Of a stretch of DNA of 64,000 nt, positions 25,793 through 39,100 are shown piece after piece. The translations under genes and the position numbers were made by a program. Each line of letters opens with the position of its first letter. The first letter of the stretch is position 1. The notes below the pieces were generated by a model. The model saw only the letters and a program-made list of their open reading frames with translations. It did not search any database and was not told where the DNA came from. Location of the stretch: positions 124,682 through 188,681 of the forward strand of contig CDMY01000117.1 in NCBI GenBank assembly GCA_001179505.1, given 5' to 3'. This DNA comes from Vitrella brassicaformis CCMP3155. Lineage: Eukaryota; Protista; Chromerida.

Positions 25793-26934
25793 GCAGGCAG
25801 GCAGCACATGACGTGTGTGTCTATGCGCCCGTGTGTGTATGCGTGTTGTAATGCACCCACGAGTATGGTTCTCGATTTGAGCTGCTCGTTGTGTAGGTGG
25901 TGTCGCAGCTGCCATGTGGCTGGCGGGCTTCTGTCGTCTGCCGTGGCCATTGTGGCCAGCCTCTGCAGGCGTCGCTTCAGACGGCCCTCGTGCCACTTGC
26001 TGAAGTTCTTGAGCTGAGACCTGCCGACATCCATCCATCCATCCATCAATCTGCACAGGTGTGTGTCTTCCCCTCCCTCCCTCCGTCCCTTGTCTGCTTA
26101 CTGCAGTGTCTGGATGAATGCATCGCGGTGCGGGTGATTGACCAGCAAATGCATGCCTTTGTAGAACCAACTGAACTCAGGCAGGCAGGCGGGCAGGCAG
26201 GACACAATCGCCATGCAACAAGGCGGAAGGAATACAGGCAGGCGTCCGTGAGTGAGCTCCGCTCTACTTCCTCACGCTTCGATGTGTGTGTAGAGGTCTT
26301 CCTCCTCAGTGAGAGGGCTGTCGCCACGAAGACGACCGATCCGCCTCGTCAGCTCATCCAATGGCAGCAACTCAACCGCCTAACACACACACACACACAC
26401 ACGCACACGGGGTACTATCAGTGTCGTATAGGTGCCTCGCGTCACATCGTTCATTCATTCACCAGGCAGGTCTTCCACAGGTTGAGCCACTGTTTGCGTC
26501 GTCGCTTGGGCAGCAGGGGGACTCCGACCCCGTGTCTGCCCAGCACCCGGTAGGCAAACCCCGCACGGCTGGTCGCCTTGGCAACCAACACCTCACCCAC
26601 CGGCACTCCAACCTGACACAAACAGACAGACAAAACAGGCGGCTTGGCTCAGTCACTCGACGGCCACTCATTCTGTTTTGCTTACGATTGGGCTCTGCGG
26701 CGTTGATCTGAAAATGTGGTACTCGCCAAGCAGCCCCCGATGCATCTCTGCTGCCGAATCGTTGCTCTCAAGCCGCTCCAACACCTGATGCACCTCTGCC
26801 TCATCAGCAGCATGTCGGGATGAGTCGGATCTGTCAATCACGACGCCGTCAGCCGTCTGGTGCGCCGGCAGAGGCAGCAGCGCCCTCGCGTGTGGTGGTT
26901 GTGACGCTGCCGGCCGCCTCCAGGGCTTCGGCAT
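22855..26934 (-). CDS. Helical-repeat (PPR-like) protein with a C-terminal Smr-like domain
   Basis: About ten exons join in frame. Helical pairs such as VTPAMVAAVVGACERSGEA, TSEWLMVLEKARSSKQNAMCIELFQQL and HVGEVIRAYDAVGLATAAEELA. The C-terminus IDLREVAVPFARE...VHFVCGLVRKS...VLGREVRDAL...DGVLSVRL follows the Smr layout. The true start may lie further upstream, near the gap. Confidence 0.6.
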
Positions 26935-27700
26935 GAGTGTGAGGCCAGATCTGTGGATAAATGCCGTGTGTGGAGCAGTCTGGGACGGATCTACAGCACA
27001 CAGAAGCACCAACGAGGGAAGCATGACTCATGCAGCTTAGCTCGCAGCGGGGGGGGGGNNNNNNNNNNNNNNNNNNNNNNNNNNNNNNNNNNNNNNNNNN
27101 NNNNNNNNNNNNNNNNNNNNNNNNNNNNNNNNNNNNNNNNNNNNNNNNNNNNNNNNNNNNNNNNNNNNNNNNNNNNNNNNNNNNNNNNNNNNNNNNNNNN
27201 NNNNNNNNNNNNNNNNNNNNNNNNNNNNNNNNNNNNNNNNNNNNNNNNNNNNNNNNNNNNNNNNNNNNNNNNNNNNNNNNNNNNNNNNNNNNNNNNNNNN
27301 NNNNNNNNNNNNNNNNNNNNNNNNNNNNNNNNNNNNNNNNNNNNNNNNNNNNNNNNNNGCCCTGGGGATGCCCCGCCTCCCAAATCTTTGCGAGTCCGAT
27401 TCATGTACACTGGCCACGCACGATCACACTCCGATCGACCGATCGCACGCCTCTGTGTCCTCAGCTTTTACACGATTCGATTTCACGGCAGCTACCCTAC
27501 GCATTCTAGTGCCACTCCTCGGCTGGTCCTCGCGGCGCGTCCAGTGAGATCCGTTTCAGTCCAGTGAGATCCTTAGGGTAGCTAGTCTAGACTCCCCTGC
27601 AGAAACTTGCGCAATGGGTCCGATGGAGGGCTCGAACCCATGACGACCGGCTCACATGACTCCGTGGCTGCGGGAGAGAAGGATTTTCGAGAGAGGGAAG

Positions 27701-27912
27701 ATGGGCGGTTCGCAGAGCGGCTTCTGGGGCGTCAACACCTACAAGAGCCATTACAGCAGGAATGCCGCATTCTCCATTGCGTCGATAAACGCTGCGATGT
27801 GCCTTCTCGTCATCAACGGAGCTCTGGCGCTTCTCGCAATCAACTGTGAGTGCCCACCGCACTGCCAGCAAGAGGGAGAGCCCAATGGAGAGAGCCTAAC
27901 TTTCATTCACAC

Positions 27913-27944
<32 letters not shown>

Positions 27945-28145
27945 CTGTCTGTGTGTCTGTCTGTGTGCCTGCCAGGCATTATCGGGGCGTTGAGCATCAA
28001 CTCGCTCTTCTCGCTGCTGAGCGTGAACAGCGCCTTCTCAATCCTCTCGGTCAACTGTGCGCTGTGCATCGGATGCACCGGGGACCTCCTGGTAGGGGAG
28101 GCAGGCCATTTGTTCAGGCCATTTGAGGAGCATCTCTGCCACTGA
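27701..28145 (+). CDS. Small two-exon hydrophobic protein built from 9-residue Asn-anchored repeats
   Basis: Intron from gtgagt after AAC T (about 27847) to gccag (about 27975) joins the two exons in frame: MGGSQS...NAAFSIASI/NAAMCLLVI/NGALALLAI/NCIIGALSI/NSLFSLLSV/NSAFSILSV/NCALCIGC...HLCH*. An upstream in-frame ATG exists at 27656. Confidence 0.75.
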
Positions 28146-28919
28146 CTCATCGTCTGCTTGTGTGTGATGCAGTGTGTGAATCCGGATTGGTTCTGACAGG
28201 AGGGGCGCTGCGGGATGATAGACAGCGCGCAATTAGGATACGCCGGATGGCTCCTTGTTCGTATCTGACGGGTGACTGACTGACTGGGTGGCCTGCAGCT
28301 AGCTAGTAGCTTCATGGGATGGGCGTCTGTCTGTCTGTCTGTCTTTTTCGTCTGTCTGTCGATATGTCGTCTGTTCATATGGCGGGTGGGGTGGGGCTTA
28401 TGGNNNNNNNNNNNNNNNNNNNNNNNNNNNNNNNNNNNNNNNNNNNNNNNNNNNNNNNNNNNNNNNNNNNNNNNNNNNNNNNNNNNNNNNNNNNNNNNNN
28501 NNNNNNNNNNNNNNNNNNNNNNNNNNNNNNNNNNNNNNNNNNNNNNNNNNNNNNNNNNNNNNNNNNNNNNNNNNNNNNNNNNNNNNNNNNNNNNNNNNNN
28601 NNNNNNNNNNNNNNNNNNNNNNNNNNNNNNNNNNNNNNNNNNNNNNNNNNNNNNNNNNNNNNNNNNNNNNNNNNNNNNNNNNNNNNNNNNNNNNNNNNNN
28701 NNNATATGTCGTCTGTTCATATGGCGGGTGGGGTGGGGCTTATGGGAGGGAGGGTGGGTGGGTGGATAGGTGGATCGATCTGTCTGTCTGTATGACTTTT
28801 GGAGTGAGTGAGTCCGTCAATGTCACCTGAGAGTCAATGTCAGTCAGTCACAACATACACACACAACAAAGGCAGGCTCCTTAGTGAGTTCTCGTCTGTC
28901 TGTCGGCATCCAATAAATA

Positions 28920-30291
28920 ATCACGTAGTAATCTCCAGTGGCTGTATGATCCTGCGGAGAGTCCGCCTCTTCTGCTCCCTCTCTGGCTGCATGTCGAAGG
29001 GCCACAGGTCGTTGTAGCACCGCTCAAACACTCGCCTCGTGCACTCCCGCGCTACAGACTCATCTACACACACACACACGCACACACACACACACACACA
29101 GAGGGGCGGGTGATGGGATGCAATTCAGAGCTGGTTGTGTTGTGGGTGTGCCCACGGGCCCACCCGAGCATCGCTTGCTGTCTTGGAGCGACGTCAACAC
29201 GCGATGAGCAAGGCACCGCTGACCACAATCACACACAGACGAGCACATGACATGTCCGGCCATTAGTGCATATCGGCCACCCAGGTGCAGCTGAGCTCAG
29301 CTGCCCACCCCACTGCATGTCTGTCTCACCCCTTTCTTTGAGTTGGCGACAGGGTGGTCGATGTCGAGGGATCTGAAGCTCTCCTTTGGGATGAGGAGCG
29401 TCGCCATCCGACTGCACTGATGACTCAAATTGTACGCACGCACCTGCAGAAGAAACATGAATCAGTCAGTGAACAAACGACACACGCAGGCAGCCAGGCA
29501 CCCTGATGTGATGCATGCAAGCATCGGGAGGGAATGGCTGGATGGCAATGGCCAGCCATTGTCTGTCTGTCTGTCATATGGCTGCCAGCCCTCCGTCCTC
29601 CGTTGAGTGTTTGTCTTGTCACCTCAGTGCATGCGATGTGGTCACAGTTGTCGGGGTCGATCTTGGCGCGGGCAAAGTCAAACGCATGAACCAACTGCAC
29701 ACACAGACAGACAGACAGACAGACAGGGGCAGACAGGCTCCCATGCGCCACACCCCACCCACCCGCTCACTCACTCACTTCATGGCTGAGCAGCCTCCTG
29801 AACTCCACAAAGTTCCATATCTTATTGGCGCACATCCATATCTGTCAGTCAATCCCATCCCCACACACAACACAACACAACACAACATAACACATGAACC
29901 AACCCACTCATCTCATCTCATTAGCTATATGCATGCACCATCCATCCATCCATCCCCACCAGACCACCTTATGGTGTTTGGGTGAGTATCCCGCCTTGTG
30001 TGGCGCATCCCTATCGCAGTGCACACACATGAGCTCGGGCGGCGCCTGCATGGCCGTCAGCGCGTGGGAGAGCACCACGTTGCGCCAGTGCCGGAGGGCG
30101 TTGCGCGAGTACCACTGGCACCGCTTGAAGGCAAAGTAGCCCAGCCGCTTGTCGCACTGGGGCTCAATAAGGATGTCCTGCGACAGCTGGATGCGGGCAG
30201 GGGAGGAACAGGGAGGGGGAGAGGGAGAGAGGGAGGGGGTGTCGGCCACAGGTTGGCCGAGGTGCTGGTACTCATGAATCCACGTCCACAT
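28920..30291 (-). CDS. ATP23: Mitochondrial intermembrane-space metalloprotease ATP23 (peptidase M76)
   Basis: Spliced sequence IWMCANKIWNFVEFRRLLSHE|LVHAFDFARAKIDPDNCDHIACTE|VRAYNL...RCLAHRVLTSL...ECTRRVFERCYNDLWPFD contains HExxH and the typical ATP23 C-terminal motifs. The start codon is approximate. Confidence 0.9.
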
Positions 30292-31104
30292 AATAATAAT
30301 GGCATTAAGTGGTCAGGCAGCGGACAGGACGCAATCAATAGTTAACACTCCTGCCTGCCGGGCGATGGATGATGATTCGTTGACTGACTGACCCTCAACA
30401 CATCGATTCGATGTAGGGCAAGGCAGACAGACACAACGCAGGTAGACAGGCGAAGCTGCAAACAAACAGAGAAGCAAACACAAACGCATCGCACTGCACA
30501 AGTTCGAAGGATCATCGAATCGACCAAGCCCCGCGATGGATGGAGGCGCAGCTCTATTCTCTTCCTTACCTGCACCGCGTGGCGTCTTGTCACAAGCCTT
30601 GAATGCACTCAGTGCAGATCTTGCATCGTTTCTTGCCGGAACGTGATCCCCAACAGCTCATGTGTCTCGTGGGAGTGCGGCAGCGGTTTCAGGCAGCAGC
30701 GGAAGGACGCGAGCTTTGCGAGCTTACACAGGCAGGTTTCCTCGTTCCGCTTCCTGCGTTTCTGGTGCGCATTCAGTGGTGTTGGGCGATAGTTCCTCGG
30801 TAGAACCACACATCGCACGAGTGCGCCACTCGATCTTCTTTCCCCTGTTGAGGACCGAGATCTGACCGTCACCCACCGCCACACGGCCTTCTGCGGCCTC
30901 CCTGCTGCCCAACACACGCACTGCGGAGGAGTCGGAGCCGCGTGTGGCCCGCTTCATCAGCCAGTCTCCCTTATCGGTCTTTTGGGAGCGTCAAGGCGTT
31001 TGCGGCGTCAGGGTGGTGCTGTCTGAGGCGATGGGACGATCAGCGGTGCCCATTCTGCCGGCCACGGGTGCCACGATTTCCTGAAAACCCTTCTCCCTGG
31101 CCAC

Positions 31105-32764
31105 ATGAGCGAGCAAATGGCGACAAACGGCTTGGTAGAGCCCACAGAGGGGCCGGCGCAGCAGGTCGAGGAGTCGCCGGAAGCGCCCAAGGCCAGCCAA
31201 TCGCAGCAGTCGCAGCAGCCAGACATCGGCCAGCCCGTCCCCCTCTCCATCGCAGCTGCCTCGGCACAGGTCGATGGGGTGGCCAGACTGACCCTCAATG
31301 GTGGTAGCAGTGGTGGTGCTGGTGACAGCGGTGGGCCTGCTCCCGCGGCGGCAGCAGCGGCTTCCTCGGCGGCGGCGGCTGCGGCAGCTCCAGCGGACAT
31401 GGACAGCCATCTGACCGATGGCCTCATGACGGAGAGCCTGCAGGCCTTGTTGCCCGACATTCTGCACGAGATTGAGCAGTCCCCACCGCCTCCCCTGGCC
31501 CCTCGCATGGAACTCCCCGGCCTTGCTGCTCCCTCCGGCCGCACCGTCCGTCGTCAGGATGCCTCGACGGCGGTGCTGAATGAGGGCGGGCCACAGCTTG
31601 TCCTGGCCGTGTCCGTCGACGACGTGGGCAACGGGGGCGATGTCGACGTGCATGGGTCGGACGGCCACGTGGCGCCCCACTCATCACCCACTGGGGCGGA
31701 TGTGGGCGGCGGGGGGCTGGCGATGGATGTGGCAATGAGGACCCCCGAGAAAAGGCCTGGGGTCGGCTACGCGACGGTCACCCCCGTGCCACCGCCGCTG
31801 TTTGCGACGGGGGGGGCGGCTGGTGCGGGAGGGCTGACGATCGGCCCGCAGCTGCCGCCTGCTGCTGCTGTCGTGCCTGTGGCGGTGAGATGACAGNNNN
31901 NNNNNNNNNNNNNNNNNNNNNNNNNNNNNNNNNNNNNNNNNNNNNNNNNNNNNNNNNNNNNNNNNNNNNNNNNNNNNNNNNNNNNNNNNNNNNNNNNNNN
32001 NNNNNNNNNNNNNNNNNNNNNNNNNNNNNNNNNNNNNNNNNNNNNNNNNNNNNNNNNNNNNNNNNNNNNNNNNNNNNNNNNNNNNNNNNNNNNNNNNNNN
32101 NNNNNNNNNNNNNNNNNNNNNNNNNNNNNNNNNNNNNNNNNNNNNNNNNNNNNNNNNNNNNNNNNNNNNNNNNNNNNNNNNNNNNNNNNNNNNNNNGGGT
32201 GGGATGGGGCGGGTGGGGAGTCATGGTGTGTGTATTGATTGTGTATCTATCTATCTGTTTGTGTGTGTGTGTGTGTGTTTCTTTGTTTCTTTCAGAAGGT
32301 GGCTGACCTGCCGGCTGTGCGTCCCAATGAGGTGGAGCTCGTCACAACCGCCGACATCAACACACTCGAGCAGGTGCGGTGCGCGGTGGTCGCTGCCCAT
32401 CCACACCCCCCACCCCACACAGCCATTACCACACATCGCTCCGTCTGCATGTCATGTGTGTCTGTCTGCATCTGTGTGTTGTGTGTGTGCAGGGTGTGTA
32501 CTCGCCCGAGACCTGTCTGTGGAACATGCGCTTCCAGATGTACGTCAAGCTCGAGAACACAGACGTCAGAGGTGAGCGAGGCGAGCTTAGCTTCCACCAC
32601 ACACCCACACCCACACCGCGGGACCCAGACCCTCACTGACGGATGTGTGTGTGTTGCTATGTGTTGTGTGTGTGTCAGTGTGGTTCTATCTGCAACCGAA
32701 GGAACCGTACGATGGCTGGTGAGTGAACGCTCAAACAAGGAGACGAGAGGGGAGGGGGGCCACA

Positions 32765-32803
<39 letters not shown>

Positions 32804-35800
32804 GTGTCAAGCAAGGATCCATTTATTTGTGCAGGCAATTCAACCACGTGTCGTTCTCCGTTGGGTTGCTCAACCTCAAGGACCCGCAGCGCACACGCAC
32901 CAGGGTAGGCAAGCATCGGACCCACACACAGACACACAGACACACATACACACAGACAGACACCAACAGACACGCAGCTGCCTATGTGTGTGGTTGTGGT
33001 GGGGTGGGGCTGGCTGGTCGGTTGGTCTCTTAGTCGTATGACAGCGGCTTCATTAACGCAGAGTTTCCGTGCTTCCCCAACCAGTGGCCACGTAAGCCAC
33101 CCACCCCACCACACCCCACCACACACACACGCGCCTCTCCCCTGTTTATCTGTCTGTCTGTCTGTGTGCGCTCATCGATCCGATCAGCGGTGCCCTTCAA
33201 GTTCGTCGAGATCAACCTCCTGTATGAGGATGGATACGCAGACTTCGACGGTCAGCCACACACACACGAACACACACACACACATACACAATGCCCCCCG
33301 GCGCCCACACAGACACCCCTCTCTGTCTCTCTCTCTCTCTCTGTGTGTGTACTGGTCATGTCATCCGGTCGTTCAGGCAACTGTGTGTTTCGCGGGAGCT
33401 TCACGCCCCGGACGTCCGACGTGAGGTGGCCGATGACCGTGGCGCCGCAGCCCCACATGCCGCGGGGCCTGCAGAACCACGGCGCCACCTGCTACCTCAA
33501 CGTACTCCTCCAGGCCCTCTTTCACGTACCATCATTCAGACACCTCGTCTACTCGACACTCACCAAGGAGCAGGAGGCTACCACAGCCACACCCGCACCC
33601 GCAGCCAACAACACCCAGCAGCAACCTCAGCAGCACCAGGAGGGCGAGGCTGAGGCAATGGAGGTCGACTTGGTGCCGGCCACAAAGGACAAGGCGCTGC
33701 CGGCCAATGGGGCTGCCAATGGCGCCGCTCCTGCCGTCGCTGCCGTCAGCCACGTGGAGTGTCCCGTGAGCACCTACGTCACGCCCCCCAACAGTGACGG
33801 GACCGCATCGATGGACCAGCCCAACGCCCCCAACAACCCCAGTGAGGTGGGCGCCAGCAACAACGGCTGCGGCAAGCGGGGGCGCGATGACGAGCAACAC
33901 CAACATCAGCAGATGATGGACACGGACAGCGGCAATGGCAACAACGGCAACCGTGGCGCGCCTGCCCCTGGTGCTGTTGGTGATGGTGGTGGTGGGACTG
34001 ATGGCCCGGCGCCGTCTGCCGACCTGCCCCACCCCCACCCTCACCCTCACTCCGCCCCGCCGGACGTGCAAATGAGCGGCGATGAGCCGTCATCGAGCGC
34101 ATCCGGCAACAAGGGCGGCGGTGCGTCTGCTGACCGCGAGAATGAGGCGGAGCCCCTCCCCGCCCCCAAGCGTCCCAAGCTGAGCGCGTCGGAGGATGCC
34201 GACCAGCCCATGATGGGCAGCAGTGAGAGCGAGGCGGCAGCTGGGTCTGCGTCGGCGAGCGGCATGAATGGCGACGGCCTGTCCCCCTCCCCCATTCCCA
34301 GCCCCTCACCCCCACCCCCAGACAAGCCCGATGACGAGGTCATGCAGCAACAGGAACAACAGCAGCAGCAGGAGCCCACAGAGTCCGCTCCCCCAGCAGC
34401 AGCACCAGCACCAGCAACAGCGGCGGCCGCTGCCGCCCCGCCCCCGCCCCCGCCCCCGCCCCCACCTCCCCGCCACGCCGTATTCGGTCCCCAACTGCCG
34501 CCCTGGTGGAAACGGGACAAGGACAAGGACAAGGACAAGGACAAGGAGAAGAAGGACCACGACGAAGGGGCAAAGAGCCCCCGGGCGGCCCCGCTCCTGT
34601 CGCTCAACACGACAGCGGCCACCACTGAGACGGACGGCGTGGGTGTGGGGGCCGCTGCAGAGGGTGGTGGGGGTGACGGTGGTGGCTTGGGTGTCGGCTA
34701 CAGGCGGCTGACCATCCCGCGGGCCCTGCAGGAGGTCTTTTGGCGGCTGCAGCGGTCGAGCAGCCCCGCCAGCACCTGGCGGTTGATGGGTGCCTTTGGG
34801 TGGACTGCGCGGCAGGCCAGTGTGCAGAACGACACGCAGGAGCTGAACCGGCTGCTGTTTGACGCCCTCGACGACAAGCCCAAGATCCTGAGCAGCATCA
34901 GGTTGAAGCGTGCCAAGATCGAGGGCGCGGGGGAGGGGCAGCGGGTGGTGCAGACTGACGGCGAGGAGCCGCTCAGCATCAACGCACTATTCCAGGGTCA
35001 GTCAGTCAGTCAGTCAGCCAGACACACACACACACACACACACACACATGCACACGCACCTGTGAGGGGCGGCTGGGCTGCGTTGCATTGGGGGTGTGTG
35101 TGTGTGTGGTGTGTAGGCGAGACAGAGAACGTCATAGAGTGCGTGGATGTCTGCTTCACGTCGCGCCGCACGGAGACCTTCCTCGACATTCAGCTCAACG
35201 TCGAGGGCAGCAAAGACGTTTACGAGTCAATCAAGAAATACACCGAGGTCGGGGGGCTGGGGGCACACAGACACACACATGGCACACACACGGGGAGGCA
35301 TGGATGTGTGTCTGTGCAGGAGGAGATATTAGACGGTGCTGAGAAGTACGACGCCGGCCCGCAGCACGGCAAACAAAAAGCCAAGAAATACATTCGGTGA
35401 GCGGCACGAGCCTGGCTGGCTGGCTGCGTGCCAAATGTCACTCTTTGGGGGGCAGATCCATTCCTTCCGTGTGTATGTATCTTCTGCAGCATCACGAAGC
35501 TGCCCCCGGTCCTTCAGCTGCACCTGAAGCGATTCAGATACGCCGTCACTGCGGTGCGCATCCAAACACTCACACACCCAGGAACAGACAGACAGACAGA
35601 CAGACAACCGTCACTCCTTCCCCCCCTCTCTCTCCTTTGCCCATTCCACTCACTGATCAGAACGGAGCGCACGACATGGTCAAGGTCAACGACCGGTTCG
35701 AGTACCCCGCCACCCTCGACCTCTCATCGCTCATCCCATCCGCCGACCCCTCCCTCTCCACATACCACCTGCACGCCGTACTCGTCCACCAGGGCGAGAT

Positions 35801-36113
35801 CTTCGGCGGACACTACTACGCATTCATCCGGCCCTCGGGCGACGGCGGCGGCGGCGGATCTGGCGGATTTGGGGGAGCTGCCGGGTCGGCGGGAACGGCT
35901 GGAGCGGCTGGGGGCGGGGGCTGGCTCAAGTTCAACGACCAGATCGTGCATAGGACGTGCCAGGTGGCCGCGACGGAGGAGCAGTACGGCGGGGACGGGC
36001 TGCTCAAGTGCGACTACAGGGACCTCACCGCTGCACCACCCACATACAAACTGTAAGCGAGCTGAGCTGAGCACCGGCTGGTGCTGTGGTGGCGGCTGTG
36101 CGATAGTGTCACG

Positions 36114-36153
<40 letters not shown>

Positions 36154-39100
36154 TGTGCAGGAAGAATAGCGCTTATGTGCTGCAGTACGTGCAGGCCGGC
36201 AACATGGCTGCCGTCCTGGGGGTAAGCACTCCCTTGGAGACAGCCCGCCCACTGAGTCGCAACCATGGATACGCATGAGTACCGGTGTGTGCGTGCCTGT
36301 CTGTCTGTATGTGTGTGTGTGTGTGTGTGTGTGTCAGGAGGTGAGCCCGTCGGAGGTGCTGGAGCGTAGTCTGCAGGAGGACGCGGAGCGCATCGACGAG
36401 TGGCGGAAGAGGGGCAAACAGCGAAACGACGAGGTACACAACACACACACACACACATACCAACTCGCCAGCCAATACGGATATCCATCCCGGCTCCCTC
36501 ATTCATTCATTTGTCTGTCTGTCTGTGTGTGTGTCTGTGTGTGTGCAGGTCAATCTGGTCAAGCTGCTGACTGCGGATGGGATCCGCCGCAAGATCTACG
36601 AGCACGCCGGCCCCCAGCGGATGCCCGCCGTCCAAGTCAGCACATTCGCCGCCACATGCAGGAGCCTCCAAACCAGGTACGTGACTCACACGCTCACGCG
36701 CGCCTCACCGACCGACAGACCCCCCCCCAACACACACCCATCCCATCATCGGACGTGACGCGTGTGTTGTGTTGTGCTGTGGGTTCAGTCTGTGTCCGGA
36801 TCGTGGCAAGACGGACCCCTTCTGGTCCCGGCCCTATCGCGAGCTCAAGGCGCCATACGTCCACGTCAATCCCAACCTCCCCAACTGGGTCATGAACACA
36901 CTGCGCAGGTCTGTCTCTCTGTCTGACAGATGCACACACTGCCGCGGGCGTCGCTCTGTGTGTGAGTGTGTGTGATGTGTTGTGTTGTGGTGTGTTGTGT
37001 TGTGGTGTGTGGGTGTGGGCTGCAGGATAGCGCCTGAGGAGATTTTGACGCTGGATGGTGGCAACCATGAGTCGGTGCCCTCCTGGGAGGTCAGCAACTT
37101 CGTCGAATACATCACACAGACCAGACGGCTCAGGACCATCAGAATGCCCGGTGAGTCAGTCACTGCGCAGTGACCCAGCCATCCATCCGGCCATCTGTGT
37201 CTCTCTCTGTCTGCAGGCCTCGACCTGCGTCTGATCCAGCAGACCTCGCCGAAGGACCCGCGCCGCCTCGCCGACGCCCTGGCGTCTCTCCCCGACCTCG
37301 AGGTGCTGGACCTTTCCTCCCCCCGCACCCACCTGACGACCCCCTTCCTCAATCGCCTGGGCCAGCTCATGAGCCGCAAGAGCCTCGACCTCAGCGAGTC
37401 GGACGAGGCCGACGACAGCGGCAGCAACGACACACAGGGCAACAAGAAAATGGCCAGCCACAAAAAGGGCGGCGGTGCAGCGAGCGTCAGCGGCGCCAGT
37501 GTGTCGACCGCGAGCCCGTCGGGCGAGGGGGCGAGTGCTGCGGCCGCGGCGGCTGCTGCTGCTGCAGGTGGTGGTGGGTTGGGTGTCGGTGGTGTCAAGA
37601 CGACTGACGCGACAAGGGGCAGCGGCAAGGACGGCGCCAAGGATGGCGGCAGGGATGGCGGCAAGGATGAGAGCGGCAAGAGCAAGGGTGATAGCGAGAT
37701 GCCCACTGACCCATTTCCCAAACTCAGGTGAGGTGTGCACGGCACGGATTCCTGCAGGTCTCTCACTTTTCGCCCTTCCTGTATGTATCGTCTCTCTCTC
37801 CTTCCATGTGCCATACCATGTGTGTCTGCTCTGCTGCTGGCTCCTGTAGGGTGCTGAAGCTGGCCGAGATCGAGGCGCCCTATCAGGGCATGGCAAAACT
37901 CCTCAAGGTGCGGAGAAAGGACCCATGCACACCTCCTCTCCACCCCCCCTTTGTGTACCACACGTGTGTTTGTGTTTGTGGTGTGTGTGTGCGTCATGTG
38001 TGCAGGGGATCCGTAGCGCGCAGCTTGACGTGCTTGACCTCAGCGGGGCCCTTGGGGGCCGCTGGATCATGCCACGAGACAAGGACGACCACAGACAAAG
38101 AATCGAGGCAATAGAGGTACGTNNNNNNNNNNNNNNNNNNNNNNNNNNNNNNNNNNNNNNNNNNNNNNNNNNNNNNNNNNNNNNNNNNNNNNNNNNNNNN
38201 NNNNNNNNNNNNNNNNNNNNNNNNNNNNNNNNNNNNNNNNNNNNNNNNNNNNNNNNNNNNNNNNNNNNNNNNNNNNNNNNNNNNNNNNNNNNNNNNNNNN
38301 NNNNNNNNNNNNNNNNNNNNNNNNNNNNNNNNNNNNNNNNNNNNNNNNNNNNNNNNNNNNNNNNNNNNNNNNNNNNNNNNNNNNNNNNNNNNNNNNNNNN
38401 NNNNNNNNNNNNNNNNNNNNNNCCCCCCCACAGAGAGAGAGAGAGAGAGAGTGAGAGAGAGAGAGAGTGGGGTCCCGTGTTGATGTGTGTGAGTTCAGGA
38501 GGCCCTGGAGGAGCTGCTGTATCGGTGTCTGATCCGTGAGTTGGACCTCAGCCGCAACAGCTACCACGTCGACATCTTCAGAGTCGTCTCTTCCGCCCTC
38601 AGGCACAACGACAACAGGCAATACATCAGGTGGGTGGCTATGTCACCCACACACAGGCCACAGGCAGACAGACAGAGAGAGGTACTGATGGATGGATGCA
38701 TGGCTGGATGGCTGGATATGGGTCAGGAGTCTTCGCCTGGGCTGGAACGCGTTTGGCCGGCGGGACCAGATGGGCTACTTCCTCGCGTACGTCTGTGACC
38801 ACCTCCAGCTGACTCACCTCGACCTCAGAGGTACGAACGAAGACACACGCAGCGCGGGCAGACAGGCAGCCATGGGTATCGAAACCTAACTTTCGGTCGC
38901 TCCATCCATCCATCCATCAGGCGTGGACGTGCTTGACCTCAGCGGGCTGGATAATAACCACGGTCTCCTCCAGCGGCTTTGGCTGGCCTTTATGAAGGCC
39001 CAGAAGGAGCGCGACGAGCAGCTGGCCCACGACAAGCATAGGCGCCACAAGAAGTGGGAGGAGTGGGACGCCGAGGCCGTGCCCCCACCCAAGGACGAGC

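Noticed and set aside
27541-27572. ccagtgagatcc repeated twice
   Set aside because: A 12-bp pair in promoter-like DNA. Too short to interpret.
33532-37997. Long antisense ORFs opposite the USP gene (e.g. 33532-34071, 34047-34625, 36834-37997)
   Set aside because: Shadow ORFs of GC-rich coding sequence, with no motifs and no independent splice structure.
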